A stretch of 63,366 bases of DNA, counting the filler. It is 8 parts of 8 records of this genome, joined end to end, with 100 filler letters (N's around TTAATTAATTAA, not from the genome) between each part and the next. Parts side by side here need not be neighbours in the genome. Positions count along the whole stretch, not along the records: positions 28,649 to 35,101 come from SRR20825010_6140; positions 35,202 to 44,289 come from SRR20825010_6141; 6 more parts are not named here. One strand, 5' to 3'. The notes under the pieces are model-generated. The model made no database searches. It saw only the letters and a list, made by a program, of their open reading frames with translations, and was not told where the DNA came from. Of this stretch, positions 31,827-41,496 are shown one piece after another; within the stretch, counting starts at the first letter, position 1, and every line of letters starts with the position of its first letter. The translations under genes and the position numbers were made by a program.

Positions 31827-33141
31827 GACCGTGTCCAGCGTCAGGGGCTGGCTTGCGGAGACGGCGGCGCTGTATCTGAAGCGCCGCATTCTGATCGTCT
31901 TTCTGCTGGGCTTTTCCAGTGGCCTGCCCCTGCTGCTCTCCTTCTCAACCCTGAGCGCCTGGATGCGCGAGTCCGGGGTTGATCTGACCACCATCGGATT
32001 GTTTGCCCTCGTCGGGACGCCCTACACGCTGAAATTCTTCTGGGCGCCCCTGATGGACAGTCTGAGGCTGCCGCTTCTTGGCCGTCTGTTCGGCAGACGC
32101 CGGAGCTGGTTGATCCTGACCCAGCTTGCCCTGATGCTGTCGATCATCCTGCTCGGCGGCACCGACCCGGTTAATAATCCCGGGCTGATGGCGTTGATGG
32201 CCGTTGCCGTGACCTTCTTCTCGGCCAGCCAGGATATCGTGATCGACGCTTTTCGCATCGAATCCCTGCCGGAATCCGAGCAGGGTGCCGGTGCGGCCGC
32301 TTCGACCTTCGGCTATCGGATCGGGATGCTTATTGCCGGAGCAGGGGCGCTTTTCCTGGCGGACGCGATTGGCTGGTTCGTGGCTTATCTCGCCATGGCG
32401 AGTTTGATGCTGGTTGGCCTGGGCGCGGTTCTCGTGAGCCCGGAGCCGGATGCCAGCGCGGAAGCGGAAAAGCAGACACGGGAGAATGAGTCCGCCGCTG
32501 AATGGGCGCACCGGGCCATTTTCACCCCGTTCTCGGAGTTTCTGTTGCGGCGGGGCGCTCTGCTGGTCCTGGCCTTCATTCTTTTCTACAAGCTCGGGGA
32601 TGCCTTTCTCGGCACGCTGACAAACCCCTTCTATATCGATCTTGGTTTCACCAAGACGGAGATCGCCCAGGTGACCAAGGTGTTCGGCCTTGTCGCTCTG
32701 CTGGTGGGGTTGTTCGCCGGCGGTGCCCTGGTGAAGCATATGGGGCTGCTGAAGGCGCTGTTGCTCTGTGGTGTGCTGCAGGCGCTGTCGAACCTGGTGT
32801 TTGTCGGGCAGGCCGTGGCCGGGCACGATATCTGGATGCTGACGGTGACGATCGGGGTTGAGAATTTTACCGGCGGCATGGGAACGGCCGCTTTCGTCGC
32901 CTATCTTTCAAGCCTGACGAATGTTGCCTTCACAGCCACTCAATATGCGCTGCTGTCATCCTTCATGGCCTTCGGGCGCACCATCCTCAGCTCCGGCGGC
33001 GGATGGGTCACGGATCATATCGGCTGGATCGGGTTTTTCATCGCCTCGACGGCGATTGCAGTGCCCGGTCTGATCCTGCTGCTGGTTCTGATGCGGATGT
33101 TTCCGCCGAAGCCCGTGCCCGGCGGAAAACCGATAAGTTGA
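31819..33141 (+). CDS. ampG: AmpG-family muropeptide MFS transporter
   Basis: LGFSSGLP, KFFWAPLMD, GRRRSW, SASQDIVIDAFRIE, FYKLGDA, ATQYALLSS; start approximate (TTG). Confidence 0.9.
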   Translation: MAETVSSVRGWLAETAALYLKRRILIVFLLGFSSGLPLLLSFSTLSAWMRESGVDLTTIGLFALVGTPYTLKFFWAPLMDSLRLPLLGRLFGRRRSWLILTQLALMLSIILLGGTDPVNNPGLMALMAVAVTFFSASQDIVIDAFRIESLPESEQGAGAAASTFGYRIGMLIAGAGALFLADAIGWFVAYLAMASLMLVGLGAVLVSPEPDASAEAEKQTRENESAAEWAHRAIFTPFSEFLLRRGALLVLAFILFYKLGDAFLGTLTNPFYIDLGFTKTEIAQVTKVFGLVALLVGLFAGGALVKHMGLLKALLLCGVLQALSNLVFVGQAVAGHDIWMLTVTIGVENFTGGMGTAAFVAYLSSLTNVAFTATQYALLSSFMAFGRTILSSGGGWVTDHIGWIGFFIASTAIAVPGLILLLVLMRMFPPKPVPGGKPIS

Positions 33142-33150
33142 TGTTGGCTC

Positions 33151-33858
33151 TCAGGCCGGTGCGGTTGACCGGTCGAGAGCGTATCCGGCGGAACGGACCG
33201 TGCGGATCAGATCGGATTCCGCCTCGATATTGATGGCCTTGCGCAGACGGCGGATATGCACGTCGACGGTACGCGGCTCGACATAGATGTCGGGCCCCCA
33301 GACCCGGTCCAGTAACTGCTCCCGGGAAAACACCCGGCCCGGATGCTCCAGGAAATAGCGCAGCAGCCGGAATTCGGTCGGACCGAGATGAATTTCCCGG
33401 CTGTTCCGGCGCACCTTGTGGGAGGCCAGATCCATTTCGAGATCTTCGAATTCCAGGGTCTCGGCATCGCTCGCCGGCCGTGTCCGGCGCAACACGGCGC
33501 GGATCCGGGCAATCAGCTCGCTCGGGCTGAAGGGCTTGGTGATGTAATCGTCAGCACCCGCATTCAGGCCACGGATCCGGTCGCCCTCGTCGCCGCGCGC
33601 CGTCAGCATGATCACCGGCACGGCCTTGGTTTCGGGTGTCCGGCGCAAGCGGCGGCAGACCTCGACGCCGGAGAGGAGCGGTAACATCCAGTCCAGCAGG
33701 ATCAGGTCGGGGCTTTTTTCCATGGCCAGCAGCATGGCTTCCTCGCCATCGCCGGCTTCGAGGACTTCGAACCCTTCCCGCTCAAGATTGTAGCGCAGCA
33801 GAGTGACGATGGGGGCTTCGTCCTCCACGATCAGGATTTTCGGGTGCATCATGTTCAT
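33151..33858 (-). CDS. phoB: Phosphate regulon response regulator
   Basis: LLDWMLP, IMLTARG, GADDYITKPFS, LGPTEFRLL, RTVDVHIRRLRK, IRTVRSAGY; downstream of phoU. Confidence 0.96.
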   Translation of the reverse strand: MNMMHPKILIVEDEAPIVTLLRYNLEREGFEVLEAGDGEEAMLLAMEKSPDLILLDWMLPLLSGVEVCRRLRRTPETKAVPVIMLTARGDEGDRIRGLNAGADDYITKPFSPSELIARIRAVLRRTRPASDAETLEFEDLEMDLASHKVRRNSREIHLGPTEFRLLRYFLEHPGRVFSREQLLDRVWGPDIYVEPRTVDVHIRRLRKAINIEAESDLIRTVRSAGYALDRSTAPA

Positions 33859-33886
33859 AGGACACTAACTCTCGATATGAACGCTC

Positions 33887-34600
33887 TCATTCGGGCATCG
33901 TCACGACATAGCTGGCATCCTCGCCCTTGGGGCGGTCGGCCTGCATTTTCGTGCCTTTGATCTGGAAGTGCACGGTCTCGGCGATGTTGGTCGCGTGATC
34001 GCCCATGCGTTCCAGATTCTTCGCGATGAACAGAAGATGAGTGGACGCGGAGATATTCCGCGGATCTTCCATCATGTAGGTCAGCAGTTCTCGGAACAGG
34101 CTGGTATAGAGCTCGTCGATATCCTCATCCCGGTGCCAGGCGGCAATTGCGAGATCAAGATTGTCGTCCGCGTAGGCATCCAGCACATCCTTGATCAGGG
34201 ACTGGACCAGGCTGCCGATGCGGACGATGCCATTGGCCGGCGGAATCTCGGGCAGGCTGCTGAGGACAATGGCCCGCTTGCCGATATTCGCGGCGTAATC
34301 GCCGATGCGTTCAAGGTCGCTGACGATCTTCAGGCTGGCCACGACCGTGCGCAGATCGCCCCCGAGCGGCTGGCGCAATGCCAGCAGCTTGAGGCTCATG
34401 GCCTCGATCTCGGTTTCCAGCTGGTCGATCGGAGCGTCGGCTTCGCGGACCCGCTGGGCGAGCGTCTGATCGCGCCTGTGCACGGCACGCACGGCGGCTT
34501 CGCACTGACTTTCGACAAGGCCACCCATCTGGGCGATCTTGGCCTTCAGGGTTTCGAGGTCTTCGTCGAAAGAGCGGACTATATGGTCGTTTGCACCCAT
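33887..34600 (-). CDS. phoU: Phosphate signalling protein PhoU
   Basis: HIVRSFDEDL, RQPLGGDLR, DLERIGDYAANI, KNLERMGDHATNIAE; start ATG 34600. Confidence 0.96.
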   Translation of the reverse strand: MGANDHIVRSFDEDLETLKAKIAQMGGLVESQCEAAVRAVHRRDQTLAQRVREADAPIDQLETEIEAMSLKLLALRQPLGGDLRTVVASLKIVSDLERIGDYAANIGKRAIVLSSLPEIPPANGIVRIGSLVQSLIKDVLDAYADDNLDLAIAAWHRDEDIDELYTSLFRELLTYMMEDPRNISASTHLLFIAKNLERMGDHATNIAETVHFQIKGTKMQADRPKGEDASYVVTMPE

Positions 34601-34620
34601 TAAGATTTCCGTGAACTCTC

Positions 34621-35100
34621 TTAGCCAAACCGGCCGGTAATATAGCCCTGCGTGCGGGAGTCGTTCGGGTTGGTGAAAATCTGCTCGGTATCGCCGACCT
34701 CGACCAGCTCTCCCAGGTGGAAGAAGGCGGTGCGCTGGGAAACCCGGGCTGCCTGCTGCATGGAGTGGGTCACGATGACGATGGTGTAGTTCTCGCGCAA
34801 CTCGTCGATCAGCTCTTCGATCTTTGCGGTGGCGATCGGATCGAGGGCCGAGCAAGGCTCGTCCATCAGGATCACTTCGGGATTGACCGCGATGGCGCGG
34901 GCAATGCAGAGGCGCTGTTGCTGGCCGCCGGAAAGGCCGGTGCCGGGTTCCATCAGGCGGTCTTTGACCTCCCCGAAGAGGCCTGCCTTGGTCAGGCTGG
35001 TCTCGACGATCTCGTCGACATCGGCCTTGCTCTGGGCCGTGCCGTGAATGCGCGGGCCGTAGGCAATATTGTCGTAGATCGACTTCGGGAACGGGTTTGG
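34621..35100 (-). CDS. pstB: Phosphate ABC transporter ATPase, 5'-truncated
   Basis: [20 protein letters not shown]...[48 protein letters not shown]. Confidence 0.96.
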   Translation of the reverse strand, partial: PNPFPKSIYDNIAYGPRIHGTAQSKADVDEIVETSLTKAGLFGEVKDRLMEPGTGLSGGQQQRLCIARAIAVNPEVILMDEPCSALDPIATAKIEELIDELRENYTIVIVTHSMQQAARVSQRTAFFHLGELVEVGDTEQIFTNPNDSRTQGYITGRFG

Positions 35101-35101
35101 C

Positions 35102-35201
35102 NNNNNNNNNNNNNNNNNNNNNNNNNNNNNNNNNNNNNNNNNNNNTTAATTAATTAANNNNNNNNNNNNNNNNNNNNNNNNNNNNNNNNNNNNNNNNNNN
35201 N
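35102..35201. other. Artificial contig spacer
   Basis: N-run with TTAATTAATTAA. Confidence 0.99.
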
Positions 35202-35690
35202 ACGGCCAAAGTGGCTGGGACAGAGGCTGGTGTTGTTGAGCCCCAACCGTCGTTCTCCGCATGCTTCGGTGCCCCATTCATGCCTTTACATCCCGCCGAA
35301 TACGCCGAAAAGTTGAGCAAAAAAATGGTGGAGTCAAGAGTGGATGTTTGGCTTATCAATACGGGATGGACCGGAGGTCCCTATGGTGTGGGCACCCGTA
35401 TGAAGCTAAAGTATACACGTGCCATGATCAGTGCTGCCCTTAGTGGTGAATTGGGGCTCTACAGCTATGACAAGTATCATATCCATTCCGTATTTGGGGT
35501 TGCCCAGCCCAGGGAATGCCCCGGGGTTCCAAGCCGTGTGCTGAGTCCCAGGGCCACATGGAACAATGATGAGGCCTATTACAAGACCGCATTCAAGCTT
35601 ACAAACGCATTTCGGGAGAATTTCAAAAAGTTTGAAGCCTACGCCAGTGAGGACATCCGAAGGGGAGGCCCGCAGCGTTTTTCTTTTTAA
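35202..35690 (+). CDS. pckA: PEP carboxykinase (ATP), C-terminal fragment
   Basis: TAKVAGTEAG, FSACFGAPFMPLHP, WLINTGWTGG.YGVG.R. Confidence 0.95.
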   Translation, partial: TAKVAGTEAGVVEPQPSFSACFGAPFMPLHPAEYAEKLSKKMVESRVDVWLINTGWTGGPYGVGTRMKLKYTRAMISAALSGELGLYSYDKYHIHSVFGVAQPRECPGVPSRVLSPRATWNNDEAYYKTAFKLTNAFRENFKKFEAYASEDIRRGGPQRFSF

Positions 35691-35752
35691 AAAGAAAGTA
35701 TAAATAAAGATAAGGACTACCATTTACATAATTCAAATGACAATTTTAAAAT

Positions 35753-38700
35753 ATGAAAACCAAAGAAAACTCAAGGTACATATTGATTATGTGTATCATA
35801 TTTTTTACCACAAGCTCCTATGCACAAGAAACATTTCCTAAAAATGATGTCCTAGATGAAAGGCCTACGGCGGTGGCATTTACAAATGCCACGGTTGTGG
35901 TCGATCCATCCCAAATCATGGAGAACGCTACGCTATTGATCGACAATGGAAAGGTTGTGTCTGTCAATCCAAAAAATGAAGTGCCAATAGGGTATAGGGA
36001 AATTGATCTTAAGGGTCGGTATGTCTATCCATCGTTCATTGAAATGTTCAGTGAATATGGACAGCCAGAGGTAAAGCGTCCCCCATTCAGGAGTCCTTTT
36101 GTGAGTAGGGAACAGATACAATCCAGTACCAAGGGACCCTACAATGCCAACGAAGCCATAAAATCACATTACAACAGCTCCGAGCACTTTACCGTGGACA
36201 AGAAACAAGCGGTCAAATTAAGGGCCCAGGGATTTGGTTCGGTCGCCGCACTCAGACGGGATGGGATCGCAAGGGGAACCGCAGCACTGGTTGCCCTTGG
36301 TGAGGGGACTGAAAACCAAATGGTCATCAAATCCAAGGTGGCCGATCATTTTTCGTTTGACAAGGGCAGCTCAACACAGGATTATCCCATTTCCCCGATG
36401 GGAACCATTTCCCTTTTGCGCCAGACCTTTTACGATGCCAAATGGTACCAGACCAATAGGAACAAACAATTTTCGGACCTGTCATTGGATGCCCTGATAG
36501 CCAATAAGGATTTGCCCAAGATCATGGAGGCCGAAGGTTGGTTGACCGCTCTGCGTGCAGACAAAATAGCTGAAGAGTTCAGTTTCAAATTCATCATCAA
36601 GGGAGGCGGGGACGAATATCAGCGGATGAAAGAGGTAAAGCAAATGAACTCCCCAATGATCATCCCGATAGATTTCCCCCAAGCTTATGATGTGAACGAT
36701 CCCCATATCACCGAAAAGATTACTTTGGGCGATTTAAAGCATTGGGAACTGGCCCCTTCCAATCCAGCGTATCTGGAGAAAAACAAGGTTCCTTTCGCGA
36801 TTACCTCCTTTCCACCGGAAAACACGGCAGATTTCTTGAAAAACTTAAGAAAGTCCGTGACTTATGGCCTGAGCAAATCAGTTGCACTCTCCAGTGTTAC
36901 CACGGTTCCTGCCAAACTATTAAAGGTGGAGAATATCTTAGGGACCTTACAGGAAGGTAAGGTGGCCAATTTCATCATCACGGATGGTGATCTTTTTGAA
37001 CAGGGGACCATGATTTTAGAAAACTGGATAAAGGGGGAACCCTATTTGGTCAATGACCCAATTTCCAAGGATATCGCAGGAACATACAGTATACAGGTGG
37101 GAGGCCTAAAGGCTGATTTGATCGTAGAAATTGAAAATGAAAAATCCAAGTTCAAGGCCAATTTGGTATTGGATGATGGGACGGAAGAAAAGGTCGATCT
37201 AAAAATGGATGGTGACCTGCCCTTGTTAAAGTTTACAGCAAATGGAAATCAATACAACCTGAAAGGATGGACCAAAACTGAAAACGGGAAGACCCTATTG
37301 GCAGGCACGGGAACTTCCAATTTTGAAAAGGACCTTAGTTGGACGGCCATTATGAAGGAAAAGGCAAGCCAGAAAGATTCCCGTGGTGAAAAGTCGGAAG
37401 TACCAGGGGAACTTGGTGAAGTGTTTTATCCATTTTTGGCCTTTGGCAGTGCAGAAAAAATCAAACCCCAATCCATTCTCATTACCAATGTAACGGTTTG
37501 GACCAATGAACAGGAAGGTATTGTCTCTGGTGTTGATGTGCTTTTGGAAAACGGAAAGATTGCCAAAATAGGGAACAATATCGATTCCAACAATGCACTG
37601 GTCGTTGACGGTACGGGTAAACACCTGACCCCGGGCATCATCGATGAACACTCCCATATCGCTTTGGGTGGCATCAATGAAATTGCCCCTAACTCGGGAA
37701 TGGTCAGAATGCAGGATGTGATCGATCCTTATGATCCAGCGATATACCGAGCCTTGGCAGGAGGTGTCGTTGCAGCCCAGCTATTGCATGGTTCCTCCGA
37801 TCCCATTGGCGGACAATCTGCCCTGATAAAATTGAAATGGGGCTCTGGGCCGAACGATCTTTTGATCCAAGATGCGGCCCCATTCATAAAGTTTGCCTTG
37901 GGAGAGAACGTGAAGCGGTCGAGAAGCCAGCTTTCCATTCGTTTTCCACGAAGCCTTATGGGCCTGGAACAGTTTTATACCAACGCATTCACGGAAGCAT
38001 TGCATTATAAGGAAAGTTGGGACGCATACCAAAGTCTCTACAAAAAAGAAAAACGTGCTGCGGTTGAACCTCGAAAGAATTTGGTGCATGAGGCCATGCT
38101 GGAGATTTTGGAAGAAAAACGTTTTATCACAGCCCACTCCTACCAACAAAAAGAGATGCTTATGCTGATGGAGGTGGCTGAGCGGTTTGGTTTTGCTCTT
38201 AACACATTCACACATGCCTTGGAAGGCTATCGGATTGCGGATCGGATGAAGGAACATGGTGTTGGGGGGAGTACATTTTCCGACAGGTGGAACTATAAGT
38301 GGGAAGCTAGGAACGGTACTCCCTACAATGCCCCCATCATGGACAGCGAAGGGGTGGTCACTGCCTTAAACTCCGATAGTGGTGAAACGATGAGACACCT
38401 GAACCATGAGGCTGCAAAAATGGTAAGATATGGAGGGGTCAGTCCTGAGGACGCCTTAAAAATGGTCACATTGAACCCAGCAAGACTCTTGCACCTGGAT
38501 GATACCATGGGAAGCATCAAGGTGGGCAAATCAGCGGATGTCGTCCTTTGGACAGGTAATCCATTGTCCCTTTATTCCAAACCTGAAAAGACCATCATTG
38601 AAGGGGCCATTTACTTTGATTTGGCCAAAGACCAACACCTTCGTCGGGAGAATCAGAAAGAAAGATCTCGGATTCTCAAAAAAATGGAGGGTCTTGAGGG

Positions 38701-38776
38701 TACCGAAAACATATCAACCAGAATATCCGTGGAACGGGTGGAATTCCATTGCGAGTCCTTGGAGACACAGAACTAA
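35753..38776 (+). CDS. Secreted tandem (two-domain) amidohydrolase-family protein
   Basis: Signal peptide and two composite amidohydrolase domains. The C-terminal one has PGIIDEHSH, KFALGEN, AHSY, FTHALE and LNSD. The N-terminal one has PSFIEMFSEY at the HxH position. Confidence 0.88.
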   Translation: MKTKENSRYILIMCIIFFTTSSYAQETFPKNDVLDERPTAVAFTNATVVVDPSQIMENATLLIDNGKVVSVNPKNEVPIGYREIDLKGRYVYPSFIEMFSEYGQPEVKRPPFRSPFVSREQIQSSTKGPYNANEAIKSHYNSSEHFTVDKKQAVKLRAQGFGSVAALRRDGIARGTAALVALGEGTENQMVIKSKVADHFSFDKGSSTQDYPISPMGTISLLRQTFYDAKWYQTNRNKQFSDLSLDALIANKDLPKIMEAEGWLTALRADKIAEEFSFKFIIKGGGDEYQRMKEVKQMNSPMIIPIDFPQAYDVNDPHITEKITLGDLKHWELAPSNPAYLEKNKVPFAITSFPPENTADFLKNLRKSVTYGLSKSVALSSVTTVPAKLLKVENILGTLQEGKVANFIITDGDLFEQGTMILENWIKGEPYLVNDPISKDIAGTYSIQVGGLKADLIVEIENEKSKFKANLVLDDGTEEKVDLKMDGDLPLLKFTANGNQYNLKGWTKTENGKTLLAGTGTSNFEKDLSWTAIMKEKASQKDSRGEKSEVPGELGEVFYPFLAFGSAEKIKPQSILITNVTVWTNEQEGIVSGVDVLLENGKIAKIGNNIDSNNALVVDGTGKHLTPGIIDEHSHIALGGINEIAPNSGMVRMQDVIDPYDPAIYRALAGGVVAAQLLHGSSDPIGGQSALIKLKWGSGPNDLLIQDAAPFIKFALGENVKRSRSQLSIRFPRSLMGLEQFYTNAFTEALHYKESWDAYQSLYKKEKRAAVEPRKNLVHEAMLEILEEKRFITAHSYQQKEMLMLMEVAERFGFALNTFTHALEGYRIADRMKEHGVGGSTFSDRWNYKWEARNGTPYNAPIMDSEGVVTALNSDSGETMRHLNHEAAKMVRYGGVSPEDALKMVTLNPARLLHLDDTMGSIKVGKSADVVLWTGNPLSLYSKPEKTIIEGAIYFDLAKDQHLRRENQKERSRILKKMEGLEGTENISTRISVERVEFHCESLETQN

Positions 38777-38788
38777 AAAAAGAAGACC

Positions 38789-40111
38789 ATGAAGAACAGC
38801 ACATATTTTTCGTTATTGATTATTATCCTACTCCTTACAGCCCTTACCGAGGGACTGACCGCACAGATGTTGCCATTGGCGGCAAAAGAGCAGGACGCCC
38901 CCATATTACTGGTAGGGGGAACCGTTCATACAGGCAATGGACAGGTTTTGGAGGACACAGCGGTAGGTTTTGACAAGGGAACCATTACCTTTTTGGGGAA
39001 ACCATCAGATCTTGATCCACAGGGTCTGGATTATACGATTATCGACATAAGTGGACAACAGGTATATCCTGGCTTTATCCTTCTGAATTCTGTTATCGGT
39101 ATCAATGAGATCAATGCCGTCCCCCACTCGAATGATACGGTGGAAGAGGGAGAATACCTTCCGAATTTACAAACGGTCTATGCCTTTGATATGAGCTCCA
39201 CATTTATTCCCCCTTTGCGGTTCAATGGTATTTTGCATATTGAATCGAATCGGTCCAATGGTATTATTCCAGGTACGTCATCCGTCATGTCCCTGGATGG
39301 TTGGAACTGGGAGGACGCGGTTTTTGAGAGGGCTGCCGCAATTCACATAGATTGGCCTTCTTCACTTTCCAACTATTATGATGAGAAAACCAATAGTCGG
39401 ATGCTAAGGCCCAATGATTCTTACGAAACTGTAACGGCCGAACTTCAAAAGTTGTTCTCGGATGCAAAGCAATACGAACAATCGGCACCGGCCCAAACCA
39501 ACCTGAAATTGGAAGCCATAAAAGATTTGTTCCATGGTGAACGGGTCTTGGTCATTCATGCGGATGAACCCAAGGAAATTGTGGAAGGCATCACTTTTGC
39601 AAAATCCTTTGGTATCAAAGAAGTGTCACTTATAGCCTCCCATGCCACACTTGGTGTCATTGATTTCTTAAAGGAGAACGAAGTGCCGGTAATAGTGCCC
39701 CCAACCTATAATCTCCCCAGGCATGACGACATGGGGTATGATGCATTTTATGGATTGCCACAACTGTTGCACAGCAAGGGCATTGAAGTGGCCATGTACC
39801 ACGTAGGGTCACTTTCAAACTCGATGAATTTGCCTTTTTATGCCGGCACAGCCGTGGCTTTTGGGATGGAAAAGGAAGAGGCGTTGAAAATGATTTCATT
39901 GAATCCGGCAAAAATCCTGGGTGTTGATGACAAGTTGGGCTCTATCGAGGTTGGAAAGGACGCAAGTCTTTTTGTTTCCAAGGGGGATGCATTGGATGTC
40001 CAGACAAATGCCTTGATGATGGCATTCATCAAAGGGAAGAACATAGATTTGGAAGGGCCACAGCAAAAGGACTACGAACGCTATTCGCTAAAATACGGAC
40101 ACAAAAAATAG
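38789..40111 (+). CDS. Secreted amidohydrolase-family protein lacking the HxH metal motif
   Basis: Signal peptide; ISGQQVYPGFILLNS, SLNPAKILG...GSIEVGKDA. Confidence 0.85.
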   Translation: MKNSTYFSLLIIILLLTALTEGLTAQMLPLAAKEQDAPILLVGGTVHTGNGQVLEDTAVGFDKGTITFLGKPSDLDPQGLDYTIIDISGQQVYPGFILLNSVIGINEINAVPHSNDTVEEGEYLPNLQTVYAFDMSSTFIPPLRFNGILHIESNRSNGIIPGTSSVMSLDGWNWEDAVFERAAAIHIDWPSSLSNYYDEKTNSRMLRPNDSYETVTAELQKLFSDAKQYEQSAPAQTNLKLEAIKDLFHGERVLVIHADEPKEIVEGITFAKSFGIKEVSLIASHATLGVIDFLKENEVPVIVPPTYNLPRHDDMGYDAFYGLPQLLHSKGIEVAMYHVGSLSNSMNLPFYAGTAVAFGMEKEEALKMISLNPAKILGVDDKLGSIEVGKDASLFVSKGDALDVQTNALMMAFIKGKNIDLEGPQQKDYERYSLKYGHKK

Positions 40112-40124
40112 GCCATTGGAACTA

Positions 40125-41486
40125 ATGGAAAAAACGATTACCGTCATCAGTGACTGGATCTGGGGTATACCCCTGTTGATTCTGCTCGTAGGCGGGGGAA
40201 CTTATTTATTGATCTATTCAAAACTTTTGCCGTTCAGACATTTCTGGCATGCCCTGGCCGTGATAAGGGGTAAATATGAAACCGCATCCAATGTGGGACA
40301 AATAAGTGCGTTCAAGGCCTTGACCACTGCATTGTCATCCACCTTGGGAATGGGGAACATATCGGGGGTGGCCATTGCAATTTCCATGGGTGGTCCCGGT
40401 GCGCTTTTTTGGATGTGGGCTAGTGCCCTTATTGGAATGGCCACCAAATATTATTCATGTTCATTGGCCGTGATGTATCGGGGGAAGGACGATTCAGGCG
40501 AAATCCAAGGTGGGCCTATGTACGTTATTATGGAAGGACTGGGGAAAACTTGGAAACCATTGGCCATATTCTTTTCAATAGCGGGCATTTTTGGTTCTCT
40601 GCCCATTTTTACGGCCAATCAATTGACCCAGGTCATCATCAGTGTAACCCCGTCCTCAGTAATGGGACAGCATCCAAACCAACTCTTGATCCTCATTGCC
40701 ATTGCAATTAGTGTCTTGGTAGGATTTGTGGTATTTGGTGGAATTGGGAGAATAGCTAATCTAGCAAGCAAATTGGTGCCCTTTATGGTAACCTTATATT
40801 TTCTTTCGGTCAGTTATATTCTAATACAGAACTATTCCAGTATCATCCCAGCCCTAAGGGAGGTGTTGGTTGATGCAATGACCGGCGAAGCTGTTCTAGG
40901 TGGAAGTTTGGGTGCTATCATCATCATGGGGGTCCGAAGGGCAGCATTCTCGAATGAAGCAGGTATCGGTACGGCTCCCTTGGCACATGGAGCATCGAGG
41001 AACACCGAACCGATCAAGGAGGGATTGGTGGCCATGCTTGGACCGTTCATAGATACTATTGTGGTATGTACCCTGACCGCTCTTGCCATTTTGGTTACGG
41101 ACAGTTGGCAGCATGCAGACCTTAATGGTGTAGCCATTACCTTGGAGGCCTTTGTGCAGACCATGCCCGGTTATGGAGCCCCCCTATTGGTTTTTATAGT
41201 GTGCGTGTTTGCATTGACTTCATTGTTCACCTATTCCTATTACGGGTCAAAATGCGTTGTTTTCCTTTTTGGGGGCAAATACAGAAATACCTACAACTAT
41301 ATATATGTTGTGGGGGTTTTTATCGGTGCCGTCTCCTCGCTCTCAGGTGTGGTCGGAGTCATCGACATAAGCTTTGCCCTAATGTCCATTCCCACTATGG
41401 TGTCCACAATATTGTTGGCTCCTAAGGTGAACGTGGCCACAATCACATATTTCAAGAAACTTCCATTAAAAAATCAATTTATTTAA
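40125..41486 (+). CDS. Alanine/glycine:cation symporter (AGCS family)
   Basis: LGMGNISGVA, GGPGALFWMW, GGPMY, GVRRAAFSNEAGIG, FIDTIVVCTLT. Confidence 0.95.
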   Translation: MEKTITVISDWIWGIPLLILLVGGGTYLLIYSKLLPFRHFWHALAVIRGKYETASNVGQISAFKALTTALSSTLGMGNISGVAIAISMGGPGALFWMWASALIGMATKYYSCSLAVMYRGKDDSGEIQGGPMYVIMEGLGKTWKPLAIFFSIAGIFGSLPIFTANQLTQVIISVTPSSVMGQHPNQLLILIAIAISVLVGFVVFGGIGRIANLASKLVPFMVTLYFLSVSYILIQNYSSIIPALREVLVDAMTGEAVLGGSLGAIIIMGVRRAAFSNEAGIGTAPLAHGASRNTEPIKEGLVAMLGPFIDTIVVCTLTALAILVTDSWQHADLNGVAITLEAFVQTMPGYGAPLLVFIVCVFALTSLFTYSYYGSKCVVFLFGGKYRNTYNYIYVVGVFIGAVSSLSGVVGVIDISFALMSIPTMVSTILLAPKVNVATITYFKKLPLKNQFI

Positions 41487-41496
41487 CAAGTTTACC

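Noticed and set aside
29931-31994. 687-aa ORF suggesting a large EI24 fusion
   Set aside because: The N-terminal ~460 aa is the antisense of the adenosine kinase gene and intergenic DNA; the real gene starts at ATG 30599.
33887-34855. 322-aa extended PhoU
   Set aside because: The extension is an alternative frame of pstB; PhoU homology begins at ATG 34600.
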